A stretch of 64,000 nt of DNA from Podarcis erhardii (lineage: Eukaryota), in NCBI GenBank assembly GCA_964252035.1, contig OZ176203.1. The stretch is one strand, 5' to 3'. A program made the translations under genes and the position numbers. Shown here piece after piece: positions 25,634-39,191 of this stretch. Positions within the stretch are counted from its first letter, which is position 1, and the number at the start of each line of letters is the position of its first letter. The notes under the pieces are model-generated. The model did not search any database, had not been told where the DNA came from, and was given only the letters and a program-made list of their open reading frames with translations.

Positions 25634-26789
25634 TATACAGCAATGGCAACTTAACATACATGACTGCCATTCACCATTTGGATTGAACCAATCATTGGAG
25701 ATTCTCCAAAATGCTACTACATTCCTGGTAGTAAGATATTCTGGAGAGAAAAATCTGTGTGGGAAATTATAAAACTCTGTACATAGTAATGAACAATTAA
25801 ACTGAGGAGCCTTTCATCTTCCAGCCTTTTCATTCATAGCTGTAGCAAATAAATATATTTAACAGATAAGACAACTGAGTACTGCTTGGAAACATAAAAT
25901 TGGAAACATGAAATTTCACTTGCCTAAATGCATTTAGTGAGCTCAGAAAGTACTTCACAGCACCAAAAGAATTAGCAAGGATTATACCAATCAATGTTAC
26001 ATTTTTTAAAAGGATTAACAATTAAAGATTTAAAATACATTACCATTGATCTTCAGCATAAAATAGTTGTGATCAATAAGGAGCTAATCTGTAAATTTGA
26101 TTAATTGAGTAAATCCTATTTACTATAGCACAGTATAAGCATAATTTACAAAAACTATAAGAATAACCCACTCTATCTTATGGTTTAAAGTATTAGATCA
26201 GCATCTGTGGAATTAACTAAAGATTCTAAATGTCTTTCTTTCAATCTGAATTCTGAATATACACACTGCAAATCACACAAAGCTTTCTAGAACTCACAAC
26301 ACTTCAAACAGGCAATTTGCACACATTTCACCTTAGCTGATGACTTAAGGAATAATGGTACATGTATTAGATTTCCTTTTTTACAACTAGTTAATAAATG
26401 ACAAGTCTAATAAGTGACTGGAATTATGTGGATATTTTACAAAGTGCTTGTGTTATGAAGATAATTAAGAACTGACAAGTCATTTGAAAAAGGCTGCCCC
26501 CAACTACAATTTTAGGAAGTGGCTCACACACCAAAAAAGAAATAAATAAAAAGTATGCCCACACTCACACAGCTGGTATATATTTATAACAGTCAAGTAT
26601 GCATCTCGAACCCTAGTGCGTTGAGCACCCACTCCCCTAGGTGCTTCTACACTCAAAATGTCAAACATTCTAGCCACTTTTCAATAGTTTGTCCATGATT
26701 TATTTTCTCCTTAGAGTAGACAATACCAAGTTATTTGGACCAACATTCATTTTCAGTACAGTATTAGATAGAACATGCATGTAAATACC

Positions 26790-28746
26790 TGGTGCAACTG
26801 GACTTCTCCGTGACCCTTCCCCTCTGCAGGGAGGTGGGACCAATTCGGATGGTCCGCCCCTGCCACCTAATGGATCCAAATGGTTTCTAGAGAGTGGGAG
26901 GGGATGCTTTATCCCATGCTGATGGCCTTTCAGCTGATTCTCTGGTGACCCACTGCAAAGCGGAGTTAACCAGGGCTATCGACTGTCTGGCTCCGAAGTG
27001 CCCTCTCCAATTGCATGAAGTACGGACAGCCCGGTGGTTTTCACCAGAGATGAGGGCGAGGAAACAATCGCTGAGACGGGTAGAGCACTGGTGGCAGAAA
27101 ACTCATTCTGAAGCGGACCGAACACGGGTTAGAGCTCAACGTCGAGCCTACCAAGTGGCGATAGCGACGGCGAAGAGGACCTTCTTTACCGCCTCTATTG
27201 CATCTGCAGAAAATAGCAGGAGGCGGCTCTTTCAGGTGGTTTGCAATTTAACGGAACCACCTTTGCCATCTGGGCATTGTCAAGACCCCAAGACCTCCTG
27301 CAACGATTTTGCTAAGTTTTTTGCAGATAAAGTCGCTCAGATTCGGAAGGAGGTAGACTCCACCATGGGAACAGGGCTAGAGAGGGAGAGTGCTAGAGTC
27401 CTGTCTAGTCCAGTTGCATGGAATCACCTCCAATCTGTTACCTCCGATGATGTGGACAGGCTGCTTGGATGAGTGAAACCAACCACCTGTCTCCTTGATA
27501 ATAAAAGCGAGCCAGGAAGGGCTGGGCGATGGGCTCTGCAGGGTGGTGGATGTTTCCCTCTTTGAGGGAGCATTCCCAGACGCGCTAAAAGAGGCAGTCA
27601 TTAAACCGCTTCTTTAAAAAACCACCTTTAGATCTGGCCAAAATCTTCCATTCTTGGGCCAGGTGATTGAGCAGGAGGTTGCTGAACAACTCCAAGCATG
27701 CCTGGAGGATGCGGACCATTTGGATCCCTTCCAATTGGGATTCAGGCCTCATCATGGGACTGAAACTGCCTTGGTCGCGCTGGTCGGTGATCTCCAGCGA
27801 GCTAGGGACAAAGGTGAAAGCTGTTTCCTAGTTCTCTCAGCGGCCTTTGACACCATCAACCATAACATCCTTCTGGACATCTAGAGGAGCTGGGAGCTGG
27901 GGGCACTGTTATACAGTGGTTCCACTCCTTCCTCCTGGGCCATGTCCAGAAAGTGGTGGTGGGGGATGAGTGTTCAGACCCTTGGGCCCTCACTTGTGGG
28001 GTGCCTCAGGGTTCTGTCCTCTCCCCCATGCTTTTTTAACATCTATATGAAGCTGCTGGGAGAGATCATCAGGGGGTTGGGGCTGGGTGTTCATCAGTAT
28101 GCAGATGATACCCAGCTCTACCTCTCTTTCAAATCGGAACCAGTGAAGGTGGTCAAGGTCCTGTGTAAGTGCCTAGAAGCGGTTTGAGGATGGATGGCTA
28201 CCTTTGAACGTGACCCAGAAACTACAATTAATGCAGAATGTGGCAGCTAGGCTGGTGACTGGGAGCAGCTGCCAAAACCACATAACACCAGTCTTGAAAG
28301 ACCTACATTGGCTCCCAGTACGTTCCCAACCACAATTCAAAGTGTTGGTGCTGACCTTTAAAGCCCTAAACAGCCTCAGCCCAGTATACCTGAAGGAGCG
28401 TCTCCACCCTCATCTTTTGGCCCAGACACTGAGGTCCAGCGCTGAGGGCCTTCTGGCGGTTCCCTCACTGTGAGAAGCCAAGTTACAGGAACCAGGCAAA
28501 GAGCCTTCTCGGTAGTGGCTCCTACCCTGTGGAACGCCCTCCCATCAGATGTCAAAGGAATAAACAACTATCTGACGTTTAGAAGAAATCTGAAGGCAGC
28601 CCTGTTTGGGGAAGTTTTTTAGTGACTGATGTTTTGATGTATTTTTAATCTCCTGTTGGAAGCCGCCCAGAGTGGCTGGGGAAGCCCAGCCAGATGGGCG
28701 GGGTATAAGCAAATAACAACAACAACAACAACAACAACAACAATAA
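26790..28746 (+). mobile_element. 5'-truncated L2 LINE, disrupted ORF2 with RT domain, (AAC)n tail
   Basis: ORF fragments include FNDFAKFFADKVAQIRK, DPFQLGFRPHHGTETALV, LSAAFDTINH and QYADDTQLYLSF (YADD motif). It has an L2 3' UTR and an (AAC)n tail at about 28715-28743. Possible short TSD TGGTGC. Confidence 0.93.
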
Positions 28747-30200
28747 TGGTGCTGATTTGGTCTAAGCCTTAGGCGTGCATATTCTGTCCTTGACTTCCTG
28801 GTTCATGTAAAGTTTACTCTGCCCTTGACATTCAAACTGGAAAAGCACAGGTTGCCAATTTTAATGCTAATGATAAACTACTGTTTACTCAAACTAAGAA
28901 GTTGGGGAGGGAATAACAGCATGCACCTCAGGCTATATGGCAGTGAAGTAGTGGATAAAGAAATGGTATACCTTCAAGCTTTTGCTTATTTTTTAAAAAA
29001 TGAACCCTGTTAAAAATTATGTGCCAAAGATTTTCACTCCTCTTACCACACTTTTCTATGAATTCAAAATTAAACAAACAAAAATGACAACACTGGGTTA
29101 CTATGTAAATTACATAAGTCAAGAAAATGAAATAAATGTTCACAGTTTTCAAAAGTGACTTTTAAAAACAATCTAGTAATCCCTGATATCAGCCACTTTT
29201 TCTTAAAGAAAAGGAGATATAAGCTACAGACCTTTTTACTTGTTTTACATGCATTAATTAAAATTATATTAGAAGTTAATAATGCATGATATCAAGACTT
29301 TGCCTAATTCTGATTATTTTACAGTACAAGGAAGTCTGCACTGACAGTTTTCAAAAACTAATTTATTCCGGTGAGAATTAAAATGTTAGAGTAATAAAAT
29401 GTCTTCTACATGGTTTCTAATAGAAGAGAGACTTGCACCTTAGGTAATGGGCAGTGCAACTCTAAAAACAAAAGCTCTCAACATGGCTCACAAGAATGTC
29501 AGCTTTAAAATCCTCTTTTTCCTTCCCTGCAAAACTATAACATGTGAGAGTAACTAAATATTAGAAAGATCGCCTAAGGTCAAACCCAGATAAATGAATA
29601 GCAATTTTACACATTGATGGAACTGTTTTCCTTACTGAGGAATAATTTTAGACAAATCTGCAAGTCACCTGCAATCATGGACATTTTGCCAAGCTTATAA
29701 TGACTGCTACTGTTTCTGCATTGCACAATATGAATCCATGAAATTCTAGTCATGGACTCAGACCTTTTCCTAACACTATAGCTGTAGTCTTTTTAAGGAG
29801 CATACACTTTGAAGTTAATGTCCATGTCCTCTAATATAAATGAAAACAACTTTTAAAGTTAATCTATGCATAACTAGGATTTTTGCTGTTGGGGGAGGGG
29901 GTGTTCTTCTTCTTACAGAAAAGCATGAGAAACCTCTGAATGCAGAGTTCTACAGCCTAGTTCTTATGTGCCAGGCCTGCCAACTTGAATCATTGATCAC
30001 AAGACACCATTTAAATGGCAATGCCCATTTTAGAGGGGGCAAAGGGGAGCTCAGCCCCTAGGGGTTGGCTCCTATGTTATTTGCCATTCCTGTATGGTTG
30101 CAGCTTCTGCATGGCCAGAATCCCACAGCGCAGGAATAATGTTGAAAATGACAAACCATGTGAACCACGGCTACTCCTTTCCTCAAGGATGAACAATTAT

Positions 30201-30377
30201 AGGAACATAAGAAGGGGCCTGACATGGAGTCAGACTGTTGGTCTAACTAGTTCACTAACTGGCAGTGAGTGTCTAGGGTTTTTAAGACAAGTTTCTTTCC
30301 CAGTCCTACCTGGGGAGGCTACTGATTAAACCTGAGACCTTCTAAATGCAAAGCATATGTTCAAACACTGAGCTATG
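30201..30377 (-). mobile_element. Degenerate tRNA-derived SINE with ATGTTCCT tail
   Basis: Minus strand: CATAGCTCAGTGTTTGAACATATGCTTTGCATTTAGAAGGTCTCAGGTTTAATC (tRNA-like head)...CTTCTTATGTTCCT. Confidence 0.65.
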
Positions 30378-32146
30378 AGCCTGACTAAAAGTGTTCCTTG
30401 CTAATCCTTCCTTCCCAACTCACGGTTTCACTCTCTGTGCTAGCTTAACACACTCTTCTTATTCTACTCCTAATGGTGTGGTTTTTTCCATGTTACTGAA
30501 GTAGTCTCTCCCTTTTTAACTGGTTTAATCTGTGATGGCTAATTTTTTTCACCAAGCACAAATTTTAATCACTAAGCACAAATTTTAATTTGTAGGGCTG
30601 TTAAGTACTCTGAGGCTGTTCTGTCTAGTATGTTACTGTAATAGAGAATGAAATATCTAACAGCGAGTAGCAGATTTTGCTTATGACATTAGGTTCTCAG
30701 TTCTTTCAATATATCACAACCCACAAATATTAAAGACTAGGTAATATGCAAAATTATTCTAAATCTACTTGACTAGATTAGTTAAAAAGGAGAGATTAAA
30801 TTTCATTAACTGACATTTCTATAAAAATAGACACAAAGTATGTACATAAAAACCATAGATTTAACTATAAGCAAACATAACATGTAAGCCCTTTTGTAAC
30901 AGCTTCAGTTTTGTTTTATACCAGTGGGTTTTGATAAACTAATTAAATGTACACAACAGTATCTATTCATTCTTACTTCTACTTTGAAAAATAGGCTCTT
31001 ACAGCCCAAGTAAAGAAGCACTAGATTCAGACCACATTCACAATGAGACCTAAACATGTTTTCCTTGAAAGTAATTACTGCCTCATTCACTTGCTAGTGA
31101 AACACTTGAGACTGCAAGTAGATCCAAGTAGATCAGTCAGCACCTATCAGAACTAAAACCTGCAGCAAGTCCCTAAAGCTGGGATATCAGACACTGGTAC
31201 TCAGGGATATGCCACACAAAGGTCTGAGAAGAAGGGAAAACTGGGGCAGGGGGGGATTAACCAGTCCTATAAGAAACTTTATTCTTGATTGATTAGAGCA
31301 TAGCACATGACAGGACCTGGCCTCCATGAGCTTCCAGGCTGGACCTGCTTCCTGTGTCTCCAGCCCCTCTGTCTGTTTTCCAATGCATCTTTGCTAACAT
31401 TTCGCTCCCAGAACTTTGACAGGCCACTTAGCACACCTGCTAAATAGAAACAGTCTGGCAGAACAAGAAATGCTATATCCTAACTAGATTTCTATCAAAT
31501 GACATGTCAAAATCCCCAAATACGTTTTCACACATTTGCTCTGGGCAGACTGCCATATATGTTAATTAACTTACAATGCTTCTGTATTAATAATGGTTAT
31601 GATAAAAGTCTACTTTTGCAATGGGGCTTTCCAGCTACGTCCAATATTGAAATATGATGTGGCCCTACCCAGAGAATATACATATACAGGACAGGATGGG
31701 GGCACAATCCTAATATGCATACCTAATATGTACTTAGATGTACATATGAAAAACATCTATGTTTTACAATTCTGTATTTGTCAATACAAGAGTTCAGCTG
31801 TAAATTATATTTATTGGGCAAGAAGGCAGGATAACTAGCAATAAGTTAAATATTCAACTCTGAGCTTTGTAAAAATATTTCATAAACTGAAGATAGACAG
31901 CATATACATTCTAATAGGTAAGCTATGTTCAAAATATGTAAGAATGTTCAAAATAATATTTTCCAACACATTAAGAGAAATACCTGACCATTTTAGATGG
32001 GAGTCTGTTTAATTCTATCATATCTCAAAAGGTAATACTGGTACAGAACAGCAAACTTTTGGTGCTTTTTTAAAATAAAAATAAAAATAATGGTAGAACT
32101 CAGTTGCTACTGCTCTGTACTGACAGAAGTTATCCACAATGTAGGT

Positions 32147-32183
32147 AATAATAATAATAAGAAGAAGAAGAAGAAGAAGAAGA
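32147..32183. repeat. Compound (AAT)n(GAA)n microsatellite
   Basis: taataataataataagaagaagaagaagaagaagaag. Confidence 0.95.
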
Positions 32184-33419
32184 AAACAACCAGCAAGACC
32201 CTATCTAAAATTCTGGAAAGAAGCATAGATATCCAAGACCAATAAGAAAATACGTATGGAATAAATGTATAATCACAACTGCTTTGGTGAGCAATATTGT
32301 AGGTGAAACAGATGTTAGAGACCTATTAATGAAGGTTTTTCAAACATCTGCTTACAATTTGAAGGCAATTGTAAATACAGCACAGAAGGTCAATTGGGCC
32401 AATTAAGGTCTATGTGCAAATCTACTGCTGCAGGTTTCTTTTCAGCTTATGCTGACTCTCTTTTAGCACAGGAAATAGTATTTAATAGCAACTTTGTCAA
32501 TTTTGATTGTGATTTTATACAACAACAAACACTGATCATATGCCCTATGCTTCACCAAACAACTCATTTTCCTTCCTACATTTCCTCCATACCTACAGCA
32601 CACTGTAAGTTCACTAAGATGTGGCAAAAAGTGGCAAGACACACATAAAAGCTTGATTTTGTTTTAAACAAGCAAATCAGAAATTCTGCTAAATAGCCCT
32701 TTAGACATTCTCTAGTAAAATCAAAACAGTGATCCACAAGTATACTTAGCATATGGCTTTAACAACATTTCAGTGACAGATACAAGGTCACAATAAATTC
32801 TAGTATGTTAATTTTATATATTTTTGAAATTACTATTTTATATCTTGCTTTTCCTCCAAAGAGCTCCATTTTTATAGGATTATCTCTTTTATCCAACTAT
32901 AGGTAAATAGTCATGGCTGAATGATGTTCTAGTCTCCCAGTCAGCTAATGTGAGGATGTGAACCAGACCTCTACAAGTAGAGTCCAATATTCAGGTTCAG
33001 GTGGGGGATTTAAGAGTGGAAAGGTGCTCCAAATGTACATTCAGAGAGACCAACACACACGGGGAACCCTACATGGCAGAGCAGGGGGTAGAACTAAATG
33101 GGTGGAGAGCAAGGTTAAAAGCGTTATTGCTCCATGCCACATTTTTGCTTCGAACTCTGCACAGTCCTAAAAACAATAACAAACACACAAAAAACTTAAA
33201 CCTTCAAATAATACTGGCTAATATTAATAGCATTTAGCATTTGTGTAGAACTTTTCTGTTTAACTGGATAGAAGCATTTTGGATGGTCATCAAGCTATCA
33301 TCAGAACACTGGACAAACGGAAGCAACTCCCTTTAAAAACACAAGTCTGACTTAGTGAGTTGTTAAATAACATTGTGCTGCAGAGACCCTGAAGTCAAGT
33401 GGCTGTGGACTCAATTCAG

Positions 33420-33645
33420 GTCCAGACCATCCATGAGGGAGACTGGGGCAGCCGCCTCAGGTGGCAGAATCCAAGGGGCTCCTACATGGGTGTGCCCCCT
33501 TTGAAGCAAGGAGAAGCAGCTTCGGTGGTTTCCGGGTTCCAATGAGATCTTACAAGAGCCTTGCAAGATCTTGCCGGAAGCCACAGCCATTCAACCCCAG
33601 TGAAGCTTTGGCAGGGGTAGTAAAATTGGATAGGCCGTCTTTGTC
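33420..33645. mobile_element. Possible degraded GC-rich DNA transposon (Harbinger-like MITE)
   Basis: Sharp GC-rich block containing GGGGCAGCCGCCTCAGGTGGCAG and ending GGATAGGCCGTCT. TIRs and TSD are not clean. Confidence 0.3.
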
Positions 33646-35828
33646 TTAATTGGAAAAGTATGATACCAGTGGTATATAATGAACCTTTAAAAAAATAATG
33701 CTCAAGTCAAAATGCTATGAAGCTCAAAACATTTTTAATTTGAGTCACACATTCCATTTAACATGAAATGTTGATAACAAAAATGCTATTAATTTGTTTA
33801 CATAAAGAAAAAGGCTGGGAGTCAATTGCATGGTGGGTAGTTGAGGTGCTCCAAGTACCGTGGCTGCCCACTGCCCAACCCCCGACTTCCTCTAGGCTGA
33901 AGCTGAAGTGGAAGATAGGGACAACTCCTAAGCCCTTTCCCAAAACTATGCTAGGAAAGAAACTTAGGATTTGTTCCTCTTGTCACCCTCACCAGACAAT
34001 GAAACACTTTTCATACCGGGTGGTAAAGCAATTTGGTCCCTTGAACGTGCTCCTGCAGGTAAAAAAGGATGCTATCAAACATCTGGTGTGATTTGTAGGA
34101 CTGTGTTAGTAAAACATATAAAAAACATGTCACTCATTTTTATCCAAACATGTAATTGTGTTTTATGTCTGCCAGACTACTAAAATATAAGATCAAACGG
34201 TATTTCTAAGCATGAAATATTGTGTTTCAGATTATAATAGTGACATTTTACTTGTGAAATACCATGACCGAATAGATTCAATAAACTAGGATGGTCTGGT
34301 ATGACATTCCTGAAATCTAAAGAACCTCTAAGGGGAACAAGCACTAATAGCGCCCAACAATCTTACAAGATGATTGTAAGTTCTTGTATGTTATAACCTT
34401 GAAACTATATCCACCAACATCTGAATGAGGAGCACAAGGCCTCCTTAATTAAACAGTTAAATCTGAAAGTAAACATCAGAACTCACAGACAACATTCCCA
34501 TCAATTAGGAGTTGTCTTTACTCAGCTTGGCCTAATGTCACTTGCTTTGAAAACTTAGCCTCTCATCCATCTTGCCTGTAACATATCAGTAAGGATATCC
34601 ACAATGACATAATTTAGTTTCTAGATCATGTTCTTTCATATTAGATAGTGGAATTTGAATTACCAGAAAAATATTTTTTCCGAACACAGAATTGAATAGT
34701 ATCCCGTTTTAAAACATCTTACTTGAAACATTTATATTTATTTCAACTAAAATACAAAGCTTCATTCCACTATCCTAATCTATAACAAGGCACCAATTTT
34801 GTTTTATTTCCTCCTGCAGATGTTCTTTCTCTTCTAGTGTCTAGGATAAAAGCTGCAATGAACCTTTTCTATTTAATAGCTTTAAAATAGGAAATTTTAG
34901 CATAAAGATTTCATTACACAGCAGTGAGAAAAGCTGTATCTGCCAATATACTCTCTCAATACACATGTCACTTTTACAGGTATTCTGCCCTTTGCATGTG
35001 GCTTCTGTCTTGCCCTTTCCCTTTGAAACTGTGATGGTGCTGTGGGTGCAACATTTTTGGTGGGTCCTATCCCCACCCGACTCAAGGAATGCACACTCAA
35101 ATAAGGTGATAGGATTCCTGAAGGGTGCTGGGGTGACGTTTTAAACTATCACACCAGAAAGTCCCAGAAAGGTCCGAATCCTTAGCTACTAGTGATTCAC
35201 TTACACATCAACCAAAACTAAGACTGCTTAGTCTGGCACTGGCAGAACAGACATATGTAGTTTTAAAAAAACAGATTAAACATTTCCATCACATTCACCA
35301 ACACCTGAAAATCATCAAAACAAAATCCATGTAAGGAAAACATAAGCCGATATAGAAAAGCATTATGCGGTGTCATCAGTGATAATCTTCTGTCATTTAT
35401 ACCCATTTCATTATGAAAGTGTAAACTTCCAAATTCATAAATGTGACATTCTCAAAAAGAAAAGCCCAGGAAATTCACAAGTCTCAACAGTGGAGTGCAA
35501 AGGGAGAAATCGATTTTTCTTATATGAAAGGATTTCCTCTGAAAGCTGAGGTACTAAAACATGAAGCTAGAGACTACTAAGGGTTCATATGCCCACTGCA
35601 AACTGAACAAAATGCTACAGTAAAGAAGCATTTGGCAAACATTGTCATTGTAAATGCCAAATATGTTCCTTAGTTTGAAGGAAAATGTAGCTACAGAGTG
35701 AGTTTGTTTTGGAATGAACTCTGGCTAAATAAATAATTTGGTCCAACTTTATTTTTAGAGAGGCGGGTCAGTAAGGAAGTGGCGGGGGAAGCAGTGTTTC
35801 AACCCAACTAAAGATTTATCACGTATTT

Positions 35829-36042
35829 AGTCCAGTGTGGTGTAGTGGCTAGAGTGTCAGACTAGGACCTGGGAGATCAGGGTTCAAATCCCACTCACTT
35901 ATGAAGCTCTCTGGGTGACCTTGGCCCAGTCACAGCCTCTTAACCTACCTCACTGGGTCATTGGAGTGATTAACTGAAGGGGTGGGGAGAGTGAACCATG
36001 TACTCATTGGAGGAAAAGGTGGGATATAAATGCAATAAATAA
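35829..36042 (+). mobile_element. MIR/CORE-type tRNA SINE
   Basis: CCAGTGTGGTGTAGTGGCTAGAGTG (A box), GGGTTCAAATCCC (B box), core GGGTGACCTTGGCCCAGTCAC, tail GGTGGGATATAAATGCAATAAATAA. Confidence 0.85.
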
Positions 36043-37223
36043 GCTCTTCTGCTTACCTGCTTAAGAAAACTGGAAGGGCCAGCCAGATGGACATGTCAAT
36101 TGCCAACCTGGCATCCAGAGATCTCCACTCTGTCACAAATGGGCCCACATCAGTCGCAAAACACACCTGAAGTCTGGGGAATTTCTAACACTGTCCTCTA
36201 CCTAAGTGAAACCTGTCAGGTAATAGAGTCAAGCCAATTACTTTATTCTATATGTACTGTTGGGTGTTGCCTTTGGCAGGTACTTCTGGCAAAAACAAGA
36301 ATGCCTCCACAATATACTCACTTCATCATTCATCATTACAGCAGGGTGAAGTTAACAGCTTACTTTCCCTTGTCAAGAAGCCTCCTTCATTGCAGTAAAG
36401 ACTACGTACAGTATAATAGTCAGTCCCTTGCTCTGATTATTTCTGTGCTGCCAGTCTTGCATCTGCCATGATCACCATTCTCTGTAGTGCTATTGATATT
36501 TCATTTTCTCTCTTGTTTTTGGAGGTTTATACAGGAGCAATCTGTGCCCCCGCCCCCGGCCAGAAAACACAGACGTTAGTATCAACAGAAAAGGAAACTA
36601 CAGGAAAAAATCTTCTGCTACTGGGAACACTACTCCAAGTGCCAAAAGCGGAGACAGAATTATCAGGAAAACTGTATGCTGACTGTCTAAAATAACTTCT
36701 GTGGGATCCATCCTGCAGAAAGAAAAATCCTGTGGGCTACCAGTATATTTTATTTAGATTTTGAGTAGATTGTGAGAAGCAACTCACTTTGCTTACAGTT
36801 TGTTAGAAATGAATGATTTTACAGAATTTTTTTGGCATTTGGTCTCGACTTCTGCCTGCCTTTGATTAGGTATGTGGTTCAGATCCTCCTGATCCTGTTT
36901 GCTGTTCTGAACCTTGACTGCACAAGTGCCCTTGGCTTCTTTGACTACCCTGAAAGCTGACACCTGCTTATTTTGCACCACATCCCCTACCTCTGATTTG
37001 CTGGATCAACAGCCAACCGCCACCACCACTTTGCCAGGTCTGGGAACCTAAATGCTTAGAGCCCAGACCCAGATGTAACCTGACAGAAATAAAAGCAAGA
37101 GTGCTGGCTCATCTTCTTGAATTTTGAGTTTGCTGGGGTGACTGACTTCCTGAACAAGGGACTGAAACAAGTTTTACAGTGAGAAATAATGCTGCTGTTT
37201 GCTGGGGACTAAATGGTCTAGAG

Positions 37224-37426
37224 AAGAGCTTTCAAAACTTTTCATGTTGGTGACACACTTTTTAGACAGGCATCATTTCATGACACAGTAATTCAGTTTT
37301 ACTGGCAAACCAGGGGTTAAACTAACCCCTTTCCAGCCCTGGGAGAAGTGCGGGAAGCATTCGCAGGACACCTACACACTGCAGCTGACACACTAATGTG
37401 TTGCAACACACAGTTTGGAAAGCTTG
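37224..37426. mobile_element. hAT (Charlie-like) MITE
   Basis: Imperfect TIRs AAGAGCTTTCAAAACT...AGTTTGGAAAGCTTG with an identical 8-bp TSD GTCTAGAG at 37216-37223 and 37427-37434, matching the NTCTAGAN target preference of hAT-Charlie elements. Confidence 0.88.
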
Positions 37427-38233
37427 GTCTAGAGTGAAGACGTATCATCACTGGGTAAGAAGCAGCTACATCAGGAAGAACTAGGTAAATCTGATTACAT
37501 CAAATTGGTTTTAGCAGGCCTATTCAGATAATAATGAATAGTGTACACATAGCTGGAGATTTCTGTATATGCTTGGAAATGCCAGAAAAATGCAGCAGTA
37601 CAGAGAAACAGGCATGAGGATGTTATTCAACAGGTGGATGAAGCTGCAGACAGTGAAGAAGTACAGCCCCAGGCCAAAAAAACAAAAACAAAAACAAAAG
37701 GTATGCAGAACAAGCTGACAATTATTTGAAACAGGATGACAGATGGTAGCTGGTAAAATTATTCCTTCACAACATATTTACTTCATGGTTCACCAATTAT
37801 AGTACATCACCACCAGCAAAGGTACGGTAACATTAGGAAGCTGAAAGGGAGGACAGGGAAAATTTCAGTAAGGCATAATCACTGTACTGTATTCTTAACA
37901 CAAAACAAGATGTCTGAAAAAATGCTTGATAGTTCCAAAGATATTAAAGGTGGTTGCATTTCTGCAAAAATAGTCGCTGTACTGTTGATATTTAAAATTG
38001 CTATGTTATTCTATGAAAGCTTCACACATATTCACAAAATCTAGATAATTTAGAGAAACCATCCAGTAAACTAAGGCAATTCAGTGAACTAGAGAACCGT
38101 ACTAGTATAAAATATTCACATCAGTATGTTCCTATCCACCCTTTTTTATAATGAAATGGGCATGTGCTAGTGTATGAGATGGTTGGTTATATACTCACTG
38201 CATATTGATGCCTTAAAAGCAAAACAACAACAA

Positions 38234-39191
38234 TTAGCTGTTGGAGTGGCATACAAAGGATGAACAAGTCAAATCTGTGATGATAGATTGGGAAAGAGAT
38301 GTTGGACACAATATAATGTGGGTAGATTGGGAAAGGCTGTGGAAGAAATGGGTTAAATTTACTGCATGTACTGTATTAAAAGAAAACATTATGAAAATTA
38401 TGTATAGGTGGTACTTAACCCCAATTTATCACATGAATGATAATTTATGTTGGAAGTGTAAAGAAAAAGAAGGCACCTTTTATCATATGTGGTGGACATG
38501 TCCCCAAGGTTAAGGACTTTTGGGAAAAGATTTATAATGAATTGAAAAAATGTTGAAAAATACATTTGTTAAGAAACCAGAAGCCTTTTTACTTGGAATA
38601 ACAGGACTGGAATTGCCCAAAAAGATGTTACGATTGTTTTTGTATGCCACTACAGCGGCAAGACTGCTATTAGCTAAAAACTGGAAATCTCAAGAAATAC
38701 CAACTGTAGAAGAATGCAGTTGAAGATGTTGGACTTTTTAGAGCTTTTTTGGAAGAATCCGCGATCAGAAGGAAGAGGAATACCAAGAAGATTGGAAGAA
38801 ATTTAAAGATTATTTAGCTAAATATTTCAACATAAGATAATTAGAAGTCACTTGAAAATATCAAATAGGCTTAGGATTAGAAGAAGAATGAGTTGTAAAG
38901 CATTATGGATTTAGACTATTAAGAAAAGAGAAGAAGATAGTAAATCGAAGGAGTTAATTTTATTAGAAAGATGATTTTGGAGAACTGTTACAAGGTGATA
39001 CAAGGAAATTCAGTTAGGGGGGATTTGAGGAAGTCAACAATGAAAGTTAAATTGGGTTTTAGAAGTAATAAGTGTTTATATTTTTTTTGTTTTTTTAGTA
39101 TTGTAATGTGTTTTCTTTTGTGTGTTTTATAGGTTATGTCTGTTATAAATATAGAAAATCAATAAAAAAAATTGGGGGGGGGGGAATAAAA
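38234..39191 (+). mobile_element. 5'-truncated AT-rich L1-clade LINE (ORF2 C-terminus plus 3' UTR)
   Basis: ...KIMYRWYLTP...CWKCKEKEGTFYHMWWTCP is an L1 zinc knuckle. AATAAA at about 39160. 20-bp TSD TAAAAGCAAAACAACAACAA at 38214-38233 and 39192-39211. Confidence 0.92.

Noticed and set aside
36850-37090. Possible Gypsy LTR remnant
   Set aside because: Only compositional resemblance; no termini, TSD or partner could be identified.
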